A DNA stretch of 64,000 nucleotides from an uncultured Proteiniphilum sp. (GCA_964622945.1 CAZURM010000001.1:71062-135061); one strand, 5' to 3'; positions 17,932 through 27,961 are shown, counted from the stretch's first letter. The notes: a model not told the origin generated them from the sequence alone. A program made the numbers and translations.

Positions 17932-18807
17932 ATGGAAACAACTGAGCTACTTAAAAAGGTGCGGCATATCGAAATTAAAGCACGTGGACTCTCAAGGAAT
18001 ATTTTTGCCGGTGAGTATCATTCCGCTTTTAAAGGGAGAGGTATGGTGTTTTCTGAGGTGAGGGAGTATCAATATGGTGATGATTTGAGAGATGTCGATT
18101 GGAATGTAACCGCTCGTTATAATAAACCGTTCGTTAAGATTTTTGAAGAGGAACGTGAGTTAACCGTAATGTTAATGATTGATGTGTCTGAGAGTCTGGG
18201 TTTTGGATCTAAAGCTGTTCTTAAACGAGATGTGGTAGCAGAGATAGCTGCTACATTGGCTTTTTCAGCAATACAAAACAATGATAAAATTGGTGTTATC
18301 TTCTTCTCTGATAAAGTAGAAAAATTTATACCTCCTAAAAAAGGTAGGAAGCATATTCTTTTTATTATACGTGAAATTTTGGGATTTGAACCCGAAAGTA
18401 ATGGGACAGATCTAAACATGGTAATCAGATATATGACTAATGCCATCAAAAAAAGATGTACGGCATTTTTAATCTCTGACTTTATAGATTCGGGTGATTA
18501 TAATAAGGCTTTGCAGATTGCAAATAATAAGCATGATATTGTAGCTATACAGGTATATGATGAATTGAGTTCTAATCTTCAACAGTTGGGTTTAATGAAA
18601 ACAGTAGACCCTGAAACAGGTGATGAACGATGGATTGACACTTCCTCAAGAAAAGTCAGACAAGCATATCAACTATGGTGGAAAAATCTGCAGAATAATA
18701 AAAACATAGCTTTTAGACAGAGTGGTGTGGATAATATTTCAGTATCTACTGAAAGTGACTATGTTAAATTGTTACTTCAACTTTTTCAACAAAGAAAAAA
18801 ATATTGA
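17932..18807 (+). CDS. DUF58 domain-containing protein (MoxR partner)
   Basis: VREYQYGDDLRDVDWNVTAR signature. The canonical MoxR-DUF58 pair. Confidence 0.85.
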   Translation: METTELLKKVRHIEIKARGLSRNIFAGEYHSAFKGRGMVFSEVREYQYGDDLRDVDWNVTARYNKPFVKIFEEERELTVMLMIDVSESLGFGSKAVLKRDVVAEIAATLAFSAIQNNDKIGVIFFSDKVEKFIPPKKGRKHILFIIREILGFEPESNGTDLNMVIRYMTNAIKKRCTAFLISDFIDSGDYNKALQIANNKHDIVAIQVYDELSSNLQQLGLMKTVDPETGDERWIDTSSRKVRQAYQLWWKNLQNNKNIAFRQSGVDNISVSTESDYVKLLLQLFQQRKKY

Positions 18808-19865
18808 TTAAGAAAAAACTATATAAAGTTTTATTGCCGAATGTGATGTTGATTGTTATATCGTTGCTTTCGGTGGTTTCTGTAGAAGCTCAAAGAGCAT
18901 CGGCATATGCTACTATACAGCCAACAGAGATTTTAATTGGTGAACAGGCATTGATTAATCTTAGAGTAATAACACCTATAGATAAAACAATAGCTTTTCC
19001 TGTCTATGAAAGTTATATCGTGCCGGGAATTGAAGTGATTACAATGCTACCGCCAGACACATTGATAGAGAATAATGTGATGACTTTAAATTTCAAATAT
19101 GTTGTCACATCATTTGATTCGACACTGTATCATATCCCTTATATCTCTGTTTTTGATGGGACAGACACAATATTCTCCAATTCTTTTGGCTTGAAGGTAA
19201 CCTCTCCTAATCTCTCAGATTCTACACTTGCGTATCTGGAAAAGATTAACAGAGGTGAGACAGACTCTATTGATTTTGAGCAACTACAACTCTATGACAT
19301 TAAACCGGTTCAAAAAGCGCCATTTGTGTGGACTGATTATTTGTGGGTTTTATGGTTGTTGCTGGGCATTGCTCTTATACTTGCTCTAATTGGTTTAGTA
19401 ATCTATATTATACTGAAAAAGAAGAAGAAGGGATATATTTTTAAACCTCCTGCTGTACAGCCTGCACATGTGAGAGCAATCAATGAATTGGATAAGCTAA
19501 AATCTGAAAAAATATGGCAGCAGGGACGTGAGAAGGAGTTCTACAGCAAACTAACTGACATACTAAGACATTACATTTATGAAAGAGAGGGTATAAATGC
19601 TATGGAAATGACTTCCGGCGAGATACTAAATGAGGTTAGAATGTTTAGTGAAGTTGACTCGGTTTATGATAATCTTAAACAGATTCTTACTACTTCAGAT
19701 CTTGTTAAGTTTGCAAAATACAAGCCTTATGCTGATGAGAATGACCTTAGTATGGTTAATGCTTATTTCTTTATCAATCAAACCAGGGAGCCTGATCCTA
19801 TCCCTAAGAAAGAAGATTTTGAAAATGAGTTAGAGAATATTGACAAAATAAAAGTATTGAAATGA
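18804..19865 (+). CDS. Bat-cluster membrane protein (signal peptide plus one internal TM helix)
   Basis: TTG start overlaps the DUF58 stop codon; an alternative ATG lies at 18846. Internal TM region WVLWLLLGIALILALIGLVIYIIL followed by KKKKKG. Occupies the position of the unnamed third ORF in Bat operons. Confidence 0.6.
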   Translation: MIKKKLYKVLLPNVMLIVISLLSVVSVEAQRASAYATIQPTEILIGEQALINLRVITPIDKTIAFPVYESYIVPGIEVITMLPPDTLIENNVMTLNFKYVVTSFDSTLYHIPYISVFDGTDTIFSNSFGLKVTSPNLSDSTLAYLEKINRGETDSIDFEQLQLYDIKPVQKAPFVWTDYLWVLWLLLGIALILALIGLVIYIILKKKKKGYIFKPPAVQPAHVRAINELDKLKSEKIWQQGREKEFYSKLTDILRHYIYEREGINAMEMTSGEILNEVRMFSEVDSVYDNLKQILTTSDLVKFAKYKPYADENDLSMVNAYFFINQTREPDPIPKKEDFENELENIDKIKVLK

Positions 19866-20845
19866 TTTTTTTGCATCCTGAGTATTTCTGGTTATTATTG
19901 CTACTTATCCCGTTGATAGTGTGGTATATAGTAAGGCTGTCGAAGATGCAGGCATCATTTAAACTGGCATCCACAAACGCATTCAAAGAGGTAAAACCAA
20001 CCATGAGAGTGTATATGCGGCACTTACCATTTGTGTTGAGAGTGATATCTATTATTCTAATTATTGTAGTAGTAGCTCGTCCACAATCAGTTAATAGTTG
20101 GGAAGAGACAGAGACACAAGGGATAGATATTATTCTTGCATTGGATATTTCGGGATCGATGTTGGCACAGGATCTGCAACCTGATCGTTTACAGGCGGCA
20201 AAGAAGATTGCTGCAGAATTTGTGACAGACCGCAATAATGATAATATTGGTTTAGTTATATTTGCTGGAGAGAGTTTTACACAATGTCCGCTAACAACAG
20301 ATCATAAGGTGCTACTTAATTTGCTTAATGAAATTGAGTTTGGATTGATTGAAGATGGTACGGCAATTGGACTTGGTTTGGCAACATCTGTTAATAGACT
20401 AAAGGATAGTGAATCGCAGTCGCGCGTGGTAATATTGCTTACAGACGGAACAAACAATAGGGGACAGATTGCACCGCTTACAGCTGCTGATATTGCACGT
20501 TCATATGGAATCAGGGTTTATACAGTTGGTGTAGGGACGACTGGAATGGCACCTACGCCGGTTCAAACACCATTTGGCATAAGGATGCAAAACTTGCCAG
20601 TGGATATTGATGAAATAACACTTACTGAGATAGCTGCCATGACTGGTGGACAATACTTCAGAGCACAGGATACTGAAGGGCTCAGACAGGTTTATGAAGA
20701 GATTGATAAAATGGAAAAATATTTTATAAGTGTACAGAATGTAACACATAGACGAGAGTTATTTTTTCCGTTTGCATTGGCAGCAATATCTCTGATATTT
20801 ATTGAATTATTATTACGCAGAACGTGGTTAAGGAATATTCCTTAA
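19862..20845 (+). CDS. batA: VWA domain-containing aerotolerance protein BatA
   Basis: N-terminal FLHPEYFWLLLL TM region, MIDAS motif LDISGSM, and a C-terminal TM helix. Start overlaps the upstream stop codon. Confidence 0.85.
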   Translation: MIFLHPEYFWLLLLLIPLIVWYIVRLSKMQASFKLASTNAFKEVKPTMRVYMRHLPFVLRVISIILIIVVVARPQSVNSWEETETQGIDIILALDISGSMLAQDLQPDRLQAAKKIAAEFVTDRNNDNIGLVIFAGESFTQCPLTTDHKVLLNLLNEIEFGLIEDGTAIGLGLATSVNRLKDSESQSRVVILLTDGTNNRGQIAPLTAADIARSYGIRVYTVGVGTTGMAPTPVQTPFGIRMQNLPVDIDEITLTEIAAMTGGQYFRAQDTEGLRQVYEEIDKMEKYFISVQNVTHRRELFFPFALAAISLIFIELLLRRTWLRNIP

Positions 20846-20998
20846 TTTATTTGATTATTTATTATGTAAAGTATTGCTATTTTACCTATTGTATGTAGAT
20901 ATGATATTTTTAAATATATCACCGATTTCTTTCGAAACTAATTTTTATAGAATGAGTGAAAGACTTGATATAGTATTTAAATAAATAGAGAAACAGAT

Positions 20999-22021
20999 AT
21001 GTTTAGATTCGGTAATCCGGAATTTTTATGGTTGTTTACAGTAATGCCATTTTTATTGGTATTATATATCTACCTGAACATCAGAAAGAGGAGAGATGTC
21101 CAGAAAATGGGTGTTTTATCCACGCTCAAGAAGATGATGCCGGAACTATCTCTTAAACGTTCTTATCTTAAATTTTGGCTAATATTTACTGCTTTATGTT
21201 TTGGTGTAATTCTGCTTGCACGTCCTCAATTTGGTACGAAAGTAGAGACAATAGAAAAGGAAGGCATCGAATTAGTTATAGCGGTTGATGTCTCTAATTC
21301 TATGCTGGCTGAGGATATTTCTCCTAATAGACTTGAACGTGCTAAGCAGATATTATCGAGACTTATTGATATTCGTATGAATGATAAAGTAGGACTTATA
21401 GTATTCGCGGGAGAAGCATATGTTCAGATGCCACTGACTTCTGACACACAGTCGGCAAAGATATTTTTTAATACAATAGATCCAAGTTTAGTTCCAATAC
21501 AGGGCACAGCAATAGGACAAGCTATAAGTCTGGGAATAAGCTCTTTTTCAAGTGATCAGGATGCAAGTAAAGCAATAGTAGTTATTACCGATGGTGAAGA
21601 TCATGAGGGAAATGCTGTAGAGATAGCCGCCGCTGCTGCTAAAGCGGGCATACAGATTAATGTTATTGGCATAGGATCACCTGATGGATCTCCTATACCA
21701 TCAAATGAATATGGTAGTAACTTTATGACAGATAACGAAGGGAATGTAGTAATATCCAGACTAAATGAGCAGATGGGTATGGAAATAGCGCAGAATGGGC
21801 AAGGATTATATGTTCAAGCAGACAATTCTAACAGAGCTGTGCAATCGCTAGCTGCACAGCTTGATGAGCTGGAAACTACTACTTCGTCAAGCCTTTCTTA
21901 TTCAGAGTATGATGAAAAATTTCCTATTTTTGCATGGGTTTTGCTAGCAATACTGTTTGTTGAGATTCTAATATATGATAAGAAAAATCCGATATTTAGA
22001 AATATAAGAATTTTTGAATAA
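20999..22021 (+). CDS. batB: VWA domain-containing aerotolerance protein BatB
   Basis: N-terminal FGNPEFLWLF TM region, MIDAS motif VDVSNSM, and a C-terminal TM helix. Confidence 0.85.
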   Translation: MFRFGNPEFLWLFTVMPFLLVLYIYLNIRKRRDVQKMGVLSTLKKMMPELSLKRSYLKFWLIFTALCFGVILLARPQFGTKVETIEKEGIELVIAVDVSNSMLAEDISPNRLERAKQILSRLIDIRMNDKVGLIVFAGEAYVQMPLTSDTQSAKIFFNTIDPSLVPIQGTAIGQAISLGISSFSSDQDASKAIVVITDGEDHEGNAVEIAAAAAKAGIQINVIGIGSPDGSPIPSNEYGSNFMTDNEGNVVISRLNEQMGMEIAQNGQGLYVQADNSNRAVQSLAAQLDELETTTSSSLSYSEYDEKFPIFAWVLLAILFVEILIYDKKNPIFRNIRIFE

Positions 22022-22035
22022 AACTGATGTGCTGA

Positions 22036-22767
22036 ATGAAATGTAGATTTAATGTTATTACAAAGTTTTTTATTTTATTTCTAATGGTGCTGATTTCGGT
22101 TTCGGTTTCAGCACAGAAGGATGTACGAAAGAATATACGTAAAGGGAATAAAGAATATATGGAACAGAAGTTCTCTGAAGCAGAAGTTTATTATGAAAAC
22201 GCTTTAGAGGAAAATCCTTCTTCTAAAGAGGCAAACTATAACCTTGGCAACACGTTATATAGACAAAAAGAGTGGGATAGAGCAATTGAGCAGTATAATC
22301 AATCTAACTCATTAGAACAGGATGAATACTTAAAGGTTTCAGAAGGTATGCATAACATAGGTAATGCAATGCTTCATAAGAAAGAACTAAATGAGTCGAT
22401 GGAAGCTTATAAGATGGCACTTAGACTGAATCCTATGGATGATGAGTCGCGATATAATTTGGCTGTTGTTCAGAAGATGATTCAGGATGAAGAGCAACAA
22501 AGTGAGGGAGAGGATGATCAGGAGCAGCAGGATCAAGAACAAGATCAACAACAGGAACAGCAAAATCAACCTCAACCACCTCAAAACCAAGAAAGGAGGA
22601 TAGAGCAGCCAGAAGATCCTGAACAGATGTCAAGAGATAATGCAAGACAGCTTCTGCAGGCAATAGAACAAGATGAGCGAGAAACACAAGAGAAGGTGCA
22701 GCAAATTCGCGCTCAGGAAAGAGAAGAAGCTGCTGATGAGAACAGACGAAGAAATAAAAACTGGTAA
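22036..22767 (+). CDS. batC: TPR-repeat protein BatC with acidic Gln/Glu-rich tail
   Basis: Signal/TM segment, TPR-like repeats (ANYNLGNTLY, ALRLNP), and a low-complexity EEQQSEGEDDQEQQDQEQDQQQEQQ tail. Confidence 0.72.
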   Translation: MKCRFNVITKFFILFLMVLISVSVSAQKDVRKNIRKGNKEYMEQKFSEAEVYYENALEENPSSKEANYNLGNTLYRQKEWDRAIEQYNQSNSLEQDEYLKVSEGMHNIGNAMLHKKELNESMEAYKMALRLNPMDDESRYNLAVVQKMIQDEEQQSEGEDDQEQQDQEQDQQQEQQNQPQPPQNQERRIEQPEDPEQMSRDNARQLLQAIEQDERETQEKVQQIRAQEREEAADENRRRNKNW

Positions 22768-22778
22768 GAGATTCAGCA

Positions 22779-24617
22779 ATGATTATAAGTAGTTTTAAGA
22801 ATAACATATATTTACACATAATTTTTCTGATTATAATTATAGCAGGAAATATTGCTGTTTCTGAGGCTCAGGTTACTTTCAGAGCCTCAGCACCGACAAC
22901 GGTTGTTGAAGGAGAGCAGTTCAGACTTAGTTATGTGTTAAATCAGGATGGAAGAGATTTACGCTTACCTGATATTCAGGATTTTGATGTATTGTTTGGA
23001 CCAAGTACATCCACCAGTTTTAGTCAGCGTACAGTAAACGGACAGACAACTTCAGAGAGGTCAGTCACGTATACTTATATTTTAATTCCAAAAACAACGG
23101 GAGACTTCACAATAGATCCTGCATCAATAACAGTAGACGGAAGTAGCTACAGGTCAAATTCAGTTGAAATTCAAGTTTTACCGCCTGACAACACATCTTC
23201 TCAGAGATCTACTAACAGCCCGTCGTCATCAGGAACATCAACAATATCGGAAAATGATGCTTTTATCAGGGCTATTGTATCTAAAAACAATCCATATGAA
23301 CAGGAAGGGCTTACTGTTACATTCCGACTCTATACTACTTTGAATGTTGTAAACTTTGGAAGAATTCAATTTCCTGAATTTGAAGGTTTCATGGTTGAAG
23401 AAATTGATGTTCCAGTTAATCAGCAATTACAAATGGAGCGATATAACGATAGGAACTATTATACTGCAGATCTTCGCAGGACACTGCTCTTTCCACAGCG
23501 ATCAGGTCAGATTACAATACCTAGTGGTAGACTTGAGATGGTATTTTCAGTGCCATCAGGAAGAAATGTTACAACTTTTTTAGGATCTCAACAACTGATG
23601 GTTGATGTGAATAAAGAACTTGTAACTAATCCTGTTGTGATTAATGTGAGACCTCTCCCTGTTAATCGTCCGAATGGTTATACAAATGCAGTGGGAACAT
23701 TTACCATTAATTCCAATATCAATACAACACAACTTAGAGCGAATGAAGCTGTTTCTTTGCGTTTGGAAATTTCTGGAACAGGTAATATGAAGCTGATTGG
23801 TAATCCAGAAGTTGAATTCCCTAATAACTTTGAAGTTTATGACCCTACTGTTACAAATGCATTTAACATTACAGGCAATGGTATTACTGGTGTAAAGACT
23901 ATAGAGTATGTTGCAATCCCTCGTTATGAAGGTAACTATACTATTCCGTCTATTGAGTTTAGTTATTTTGATCTTAATACAGCATCATATAATACATTGA
24001 AAACCTCTGAATATGATTTGTTGATTGCCAAGGGTGACCCCGCAAGCCTTACTTCAAACAATTTTGTTAATCAACAGGATGTTAGAATTGAGCAGGATAT
24101 TAGATTTTTGAAGACAGGAGAACCAAATTATAATTCTATAAGTAGTTTTTTTGTAAATTCGTTGGGCTATTGGCTTTGGTATATAATCCCATTAATAATA
24201 TTAATAACTATTTATGCTATTAATCGGAAACAAGCTAGAGAGAATGCGAACATCGTTTTGATGCGTAATAAGAAAGCAAATAAAATTGCGATCAAGAGAT
24301 TAAAACTTGCAGAGAAGTTTCTTAAGGAACAAAACAAAGAGAGTTTTTATAATGAGGTTCTTAAAGCTATTTGGGGATATTTTAGTGATAAGTTGACTAT
24401 ATCGGTAGCTAACCTTTCTAAGAACAATATCGAAGCTGAACTATCTAAAAATGGTATAAGTGATGAGCAACTTATTGCCAAATTTATGAATATACTTGAT
24501 ACTTGTGAATTTGCACGTTATGCACCTGCAGAAAGTGATGCTGAGATGGATATTATATATAACAGCACTATTGATGCAATAGGAGAAATGGAAAACAGAC
24601 TCAAAAAAAAGGTGTGA
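22779..24617 (+). CDS. batD: BatD-family (oxygen tolerance) protein
   Basis: 612 aa. Signal peptide, large beta-rich ectodomain, a late TM helix (YWLWYIIPLIILITIYAI), and a helical tail. Position follows batC. Confidence 0.72.
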   Translation: MIISSFKNNIYLHIIFLIIIIAGNIAVSEAQVTFRASAPTTVVEGEQFRLSYVLNQDGRDLRLPDIQDFDVLFGPSTSTSFSQRTVNGQTTSERSVTYTYILIPKTTGDFTIDPASITVDGSSYRSNSVEIQVLPPDNTSSQRSTNSPSSSGTSTISENDAFIRAIVSKNNPYEQEGLTVTFRLYTTLNVVNFGRIQFPEFEGFMVEEIDVPVNQQLQMERYNDRNYYTADLRRTLLFPQRSGQITIPSGRLEMVFSVPSGRNVTTFLGSQQLMVDVNKELVTNPVVINVRPLPVNRPNGYTNAVGTFTINSNINTTQLRANEAVSLRLEISGTGNMKLIGNPEVEFPNNFEVYDPTVTNAFNITGNGITGVKTIEYVAIPRYEGNYTIPSIEFSYFDLNTASYNTLKTSEYDLLIAKGDPASLTSNNFVNQQDVRIEQDIRFLKTGEPNYNSISSFFVNSLGYWLWYIIPLIILITIYAINRKQARENANIVLMRNKKANKIAIKRLKLAEKFLKEQNKESFYNEVLKAIWGYFSDKLTISVANLSKNNIEAELSKNGISDEQLIAKFMNILDTCEFARYAPAESDAEMDIIYNSTIDAIGEMENRLKKKV

Positions 24618-24618
24618 T

Positions 24619-25482
24619 ATGAACTTGTTTAAATATATACCTGTTTTACTGATAACAGCACTTTTCAATTTACAAATTGTTGGACAGGATACTAACAACA
24701 TAGTATTACAGGATAATTCGTCTGCTGCAGAAACCCCATCGATGTCACTTCAAGATGGTATTATTCAGAATGTTGAAGAGCTTGATTTGTTTGAGATGGC
24801 ATCTAACGCATATAGAAGTCAGGATTACAAACGTAGTATTGATCTTTACGAAGAGTTAATTAGCTTGAGTATTGAGGATAATATGGCTTCATCACAGTTA
24901 TACTACAATCTGGGTAATGCTTACTTCAGAGATAATCAATTAGGAAAGGCTATTCTTAACTATGAAAAAGCCCTTTTATTAGATCCAGGTGATGGAGATA
25001 TAAGACATAATTTGCGTTTTGCAAATAATAGAACAGTAGACAAAATAGCTGTATCCGGGAATCTTTTTATAACCAACTGGTTTAACTCTGTTCGTAATCT
25101 TTTCAGCTCAAATGTTTGGGCTAACATTGCTATAATATTATTTATCACATTTTTAATATTTGTATCTATTTATCTGTTTGTAAGGATAATATGGATCAGG
25201 AAAACAGCCTTTTACTCAGGTCTTGTTTTATTTATCTTAATGATTAGTGCTAATATTTTCTCATTCAGTCAGATGAATGAACGTTTACGTAATGACTCTG
25301 CGATTGTAATGGTTGGCGCTGCTACAGTTAATGCATCACCTGATGCTAATAGCAATCAGTTGTTTGAATTACATGAAGGAACAAAAGTTAAAGTTAAGAG
25401 CAGTGATGGAAATTGGCGCGAAATTGAGATAGCTAATGGCAGTATTGGTTGGATATCAGAAGAAAACATAGAGTTTATTTAA
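24619..25482 (+). CDS. batE: TPR plus SH3b-like protein BatE
   Basis: TPR repeats (LYYNLGNAYF, ALLLDPGD), two TM helices, and a C-terminal SH3b-like GNWREIEIANGSIGWISEENI. Confidence 0.7.
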   Translation: MNLFKYIPVLLITALFNLQIVGQDTNNIVLQDNSSAAETPSMSLQDGIIQNVEELDLFEMASNAYRSQDYKRSIDLYEELISLSIEDNMASSQLYYNLGNAYFRDNQLGKAILNYEKALLLDPGDGDIRHNLRFANNRTVDKIAVSGNLFITNWFNSVRNLFSSNVWANIAIILFITFLIFVSIYLFVRIIWIRKTAFYSGLVLFILMISANIFSFSQMNERLRNDSAIVMVGAATVNASPDANSNQLFELHEGTKVKVKSSDGNWREIEIANGSIGWISEENIEFI

Positions 25483-25495
25483 CTTTTCCAGTCTT

Positions 25496-26194
25496 ATGAA
25501 GGAAGTTCTAAAATCATTATTACCACTAGAACGCAATCTTTTTTTTGCATTAAATGGAAGCGACTCCCAGTTTCTAGATAATATCATGTGGACCTTAAGC
25601 GGAAGGATTGTTTGGATACCACTACTTCTTTTTATTATCTTTATTTTATTTTATAAGACTTCCTATTCAGGAGCTATAGTAGTCACTATTTTCTTTATCT
25701 TCCTGTTTGTTTTAAGTGATCAGATATCTTCTTCACTTTTTAAACCTTTGTTTGAGAGATTAAGACCAACGCATCATCCTGATTTTAAAGACTTGGTTGA
25801 TATTTTTAATGATTACAGAGGAGGTAGATTTGGATTTATCTCGAGTCATGCAACAAATTCATTTGGACTAGCAGTTTTTATTTCTTTAATTTTCAAGAGA
25901 CTGGTTACGTATAGTGCTTTATTTTGGGCATCCTTAAATAGTTATACTCGTATATATTTAGGAGTCCACTTTATTTCAGATATTGTTGCTGGTGCATTGG
26001 TTGGTACCATGCTTGCTTTAATCTTGTATTCAGTCTATTCTATATTATACAAAACACCAGTAAGCAAATTCCTGCACATAGGGGAAAGACCCTTCTATAG
26101 CCTTAAACATGCAAAATATCTTTCTGTATTTATTTTGACTTATATTGTTTTGTTGATAATTTTTAGTCCTCTTTTAGTAGCATTGCCACACTGA
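25496..26194 (+). CDS. PAP2-family lipid phosphatase (membrane)
   Basis: Tripartite PAP2 motif: KPLFERLRP, SSHA and TRIYLGVHFISD. Lies 13 nt after batE. Confidence 0.85.
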   Translation: MKEVLKSLLPLERNLFFALNGSDSQFLDNIMWTLSGRIVWIPLLLFIIFILFYKTSYSGAIVVTIFFIFLFVLSDQISSSLFKPLFERLRPTHHPDFKDLVDIFNDYRGGRFGFISSHATNSFGLAVFISLIFKRLVTYSALFWASLNSYTRIYLGVHFISDIVAGALVGTMLALILYSVYSILYKTPVSKFLHIGERPFYSLKHAKYLSVFILTYIVLLIIFSPLLVALPH

Positions 26195-26336
26195 TGGCTG
26201 TTATAAAATTAGTGATGAAACAAATTAGGAATAATTCTATTTGAATAGTTTGGAATATCTGTTTTTTTGAGTAAGTTTAGGGCATATTACTATACAAATG
26301 TATTATCTATATTATCAAAATAAAAAATAATTGACC

Positions 26337-26636
26337 ATGGCAAGAACAATTTCATTTAATGAATTAAGAGAACTGAAGGACAAACTCCCCGATGGTAGTA
26401 TCCGCCAAATAGCAACGGAACTGGATATGAAACCTGAAACCGTGAGAAACTATTTTGGCGGATACAACTACAAAGAGGGTAATAGTGTAGGAATACATAT
26501 TGAACCCGGTCCTGATGGTGGTATTGTTGTTCTCGACGATACCATAATTTTTGATAAGGCTTTGAAAATATTAGGTCTTACTGATTATCCGGAACCTGAG
26601 TCGGATGATATAGATCAAACAGAACAAGCTGAATAA
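26337..26636 (+). CDS. Small putative HTH DNA-binding protein with acidic tail
   Basis: The segment SIRQIATELDMKPETVRNYF resembles a helix-turn-helix. Start set to ATG 26337; the ORF track uses TTG 26331. Confidence 0.5.
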   Translation: MARTISFNELRELKDKLPDGSIRQIATELDMKPETVRNYFGGYNYKEGNSVGIHIEPGPDGGIVVLDDTIIFDKALKILGLTDYPEPESDDIDQTEQAE

Positions 26637-26644
26637 AACCAGAG

Positions 26645-26687
26645 ACCCAATAATTGATCACTTAAACGCTCGTTATTGGGTTTTTTA
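26645..26687 (+). terminator. Candidate intrinsic terminator after the small HTH gene
   Basis: ACCCAATAA (26645-26653) pairs with TTATTGGGT (26673-26681). The loop is 19 nt and the stem is followed by a T-tract. Confidence 0.45.
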
Positions 26688-26750
26688 TTATATTACAATA
26701 ACCCTTGCATCTGGAGGTCAAAATCCTTGGGTGTTTCAATTATCTTAAGT

Positions 26751-27905
26751 ATGAAAAAAGAGATTAAAGATAGCAAATCACACGATGAAAAGCTTGTAAC
26801 AGTCGCAATTCATACGTATGAAAAGGCACAAATATTAAAATCTATATTAGAATCAGAAGGAATACCAGCTGTTATTCACAGCATTAACCTAATAGAGCCT
26901 ACTGTTGTAGGTAATGTCAGGGTTAGGATTAACGAAAAAGATCTACCTAAAGCGTTGAGTGTTATTGAACAGGTTGATTTTACTTCAAAAGTAGAGATTG
27001 GCGATGAACCAAAACAAATCTCTAATGAAGTGTTGATTCCGGTAGATTTTTCAGACTATTCGATTAAGGCTTGTGAATTTGGTTTTCGTCTTGCAGATGA
27101 TCTAAATTGTAGTGTTAAGTTAATGCATGCATTTTTCACTCCTTTTTATCCAGCTTCAATTCCTTTTGGAGATTCATTTGCATTGAATATAACAGACAGG
27201 GATGTGTATCAAGATGTGAAAAATAACACAAAAAAGGAAATGAACAATCTTGTAAAGATAGTGGATGATAATATCTCGAAAGGTGTATTTCCTAAAGTAA
27301 CTTATACAACTACACTTGTTGAAGGATTACCTGAGGAAGAGATTATTTCTTATTCAAAGAAAATGAAGCCTACAGCAATTGTCATGGGCACAAGAGGTAA
27401 GAATGCAAAAGATCTTGATTTAATAGGAAGCGTAACAGCAGAAGTTATGGATGGAAGTAGAACTCCTATCTTCGCGATACCTGAGGATGCTAAAGTAAAT
27501 AGTATGTCTGAAATAAATAGGATTGTTTTTCTAACAAATTTTCAAGAGAGAGAATTTAAAGCTCTTGATATTATGATGAAGCTCTTAAAACCTTATCAGA
27601 TTGAAATTATTTTAGCACATATAGCAAAGAAGGAGGATGTTTGGAATGAGATTAAGCTTTCAGGTCTTAAAAACAAGCTTTCAGAATTATATCCACAGTT
27701 GAAAACAAGTTATATGTTAATTGACCAATCTGATAGTCTTGAGGAAACTCTTGAAAATTGTGTTACAGAGGGTAATATAGATATGATTTCTTTATCTAGT
27801 TCAAGACGGAATATCTTTGCAAGGATGTTTAATCCTGGAATTGCACGTAAAATGTTGTTTCACTCCGACACTCCTTTACTTGTGATAAAAGGAATGCAAA
27901 GTTAA
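26751..27905 (+). CDS. Universal stress protein family protein (DUF2007-like N-domain plus tandem Usp domains)
   Basis: Two UspA-like halves (VLIPVDFSDYS..., IVMGTRGKN...GSVTAEVM, PLLVIKG). Start re-set to ATG 26751 because the track start (TTG 26676) lies within the upstream terminator stem. Confidence 0.72.
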   Translation: MKKEIKDSKSHDEKLVTVAIHTYEKAQILKSILESEGIPAVIHSINLIEPTVVGNVRVRINEKDLPKALSVIEQVDFTSKVEIGDEPKQISNEVLIPVDFSDYSIKACEFGFRLADDLNCSVKLMHAFFTPFYPASIPFGDSFALNITDRDVYQDVKNNTKKEMNNLVKIVDDNISKGVFPKVTYTTTLVEGLPEEEIISYSKKMKPTAIVMGTRGKNAKDLDLIGSVTAEVMDGSRTPIFAIPEDAKVNSMSEINRIVFLTNFQEREFKALDIMMKLLKPYQIEIILAHIAKKEDVWNEIKLSGLKNKLSELYPQLKTSYMLIDQSDSLEETLENCVTEGNIDMISLSSSRRNIFARMFNPGIARKMLFHSDTPLLVIKGMQS

Positions 27906-27920
27906 ATTTAGAGATATATA

Positions 27921-27961
27921 TAAAAATAAAAAGGCCTCATAATTAAATTGTAATTGAGACC
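27921..27961 (-). terminator. Intrinsic terminator of the bamA-ompH-ompH operon (minus strand)
   Basis: On the minus strand, GGTCTCA...TGAGGCC forms a 7-bp stem with one G-U, followed by TTTTTATTTTT. It lies 24 nt downstream of the ompH stop codon. Confidence 0.5.

Noticed and set aside
19804-20235. 143-aa minus-strand ORF overlapping the start of batA
   Set aside because: It is antisense to a gene with a clear VWA/MIDAS signature. It has no motif and would break the translationally coupled bat gene series.
22480-22640. Gln/Glu/Asp-rich repeat DNA in batC as a possible independent repeat element
   Set aside because: It is in-frame low-complexity coding sequence. Acidic Gln-rich tails are, as far as I recall, typical of BatC-type TPR proteins.
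22433-22819. 128-aa minus-strand ORF (and a 67-aa ORF at 22387-22590) across the batC tail and batD start
   Set aside because: This is the mirror image of the Gln/Glu-rich low-complexity batC tail (GAA/CAA repeats read as Leu-rich antisense). It has no independent support.
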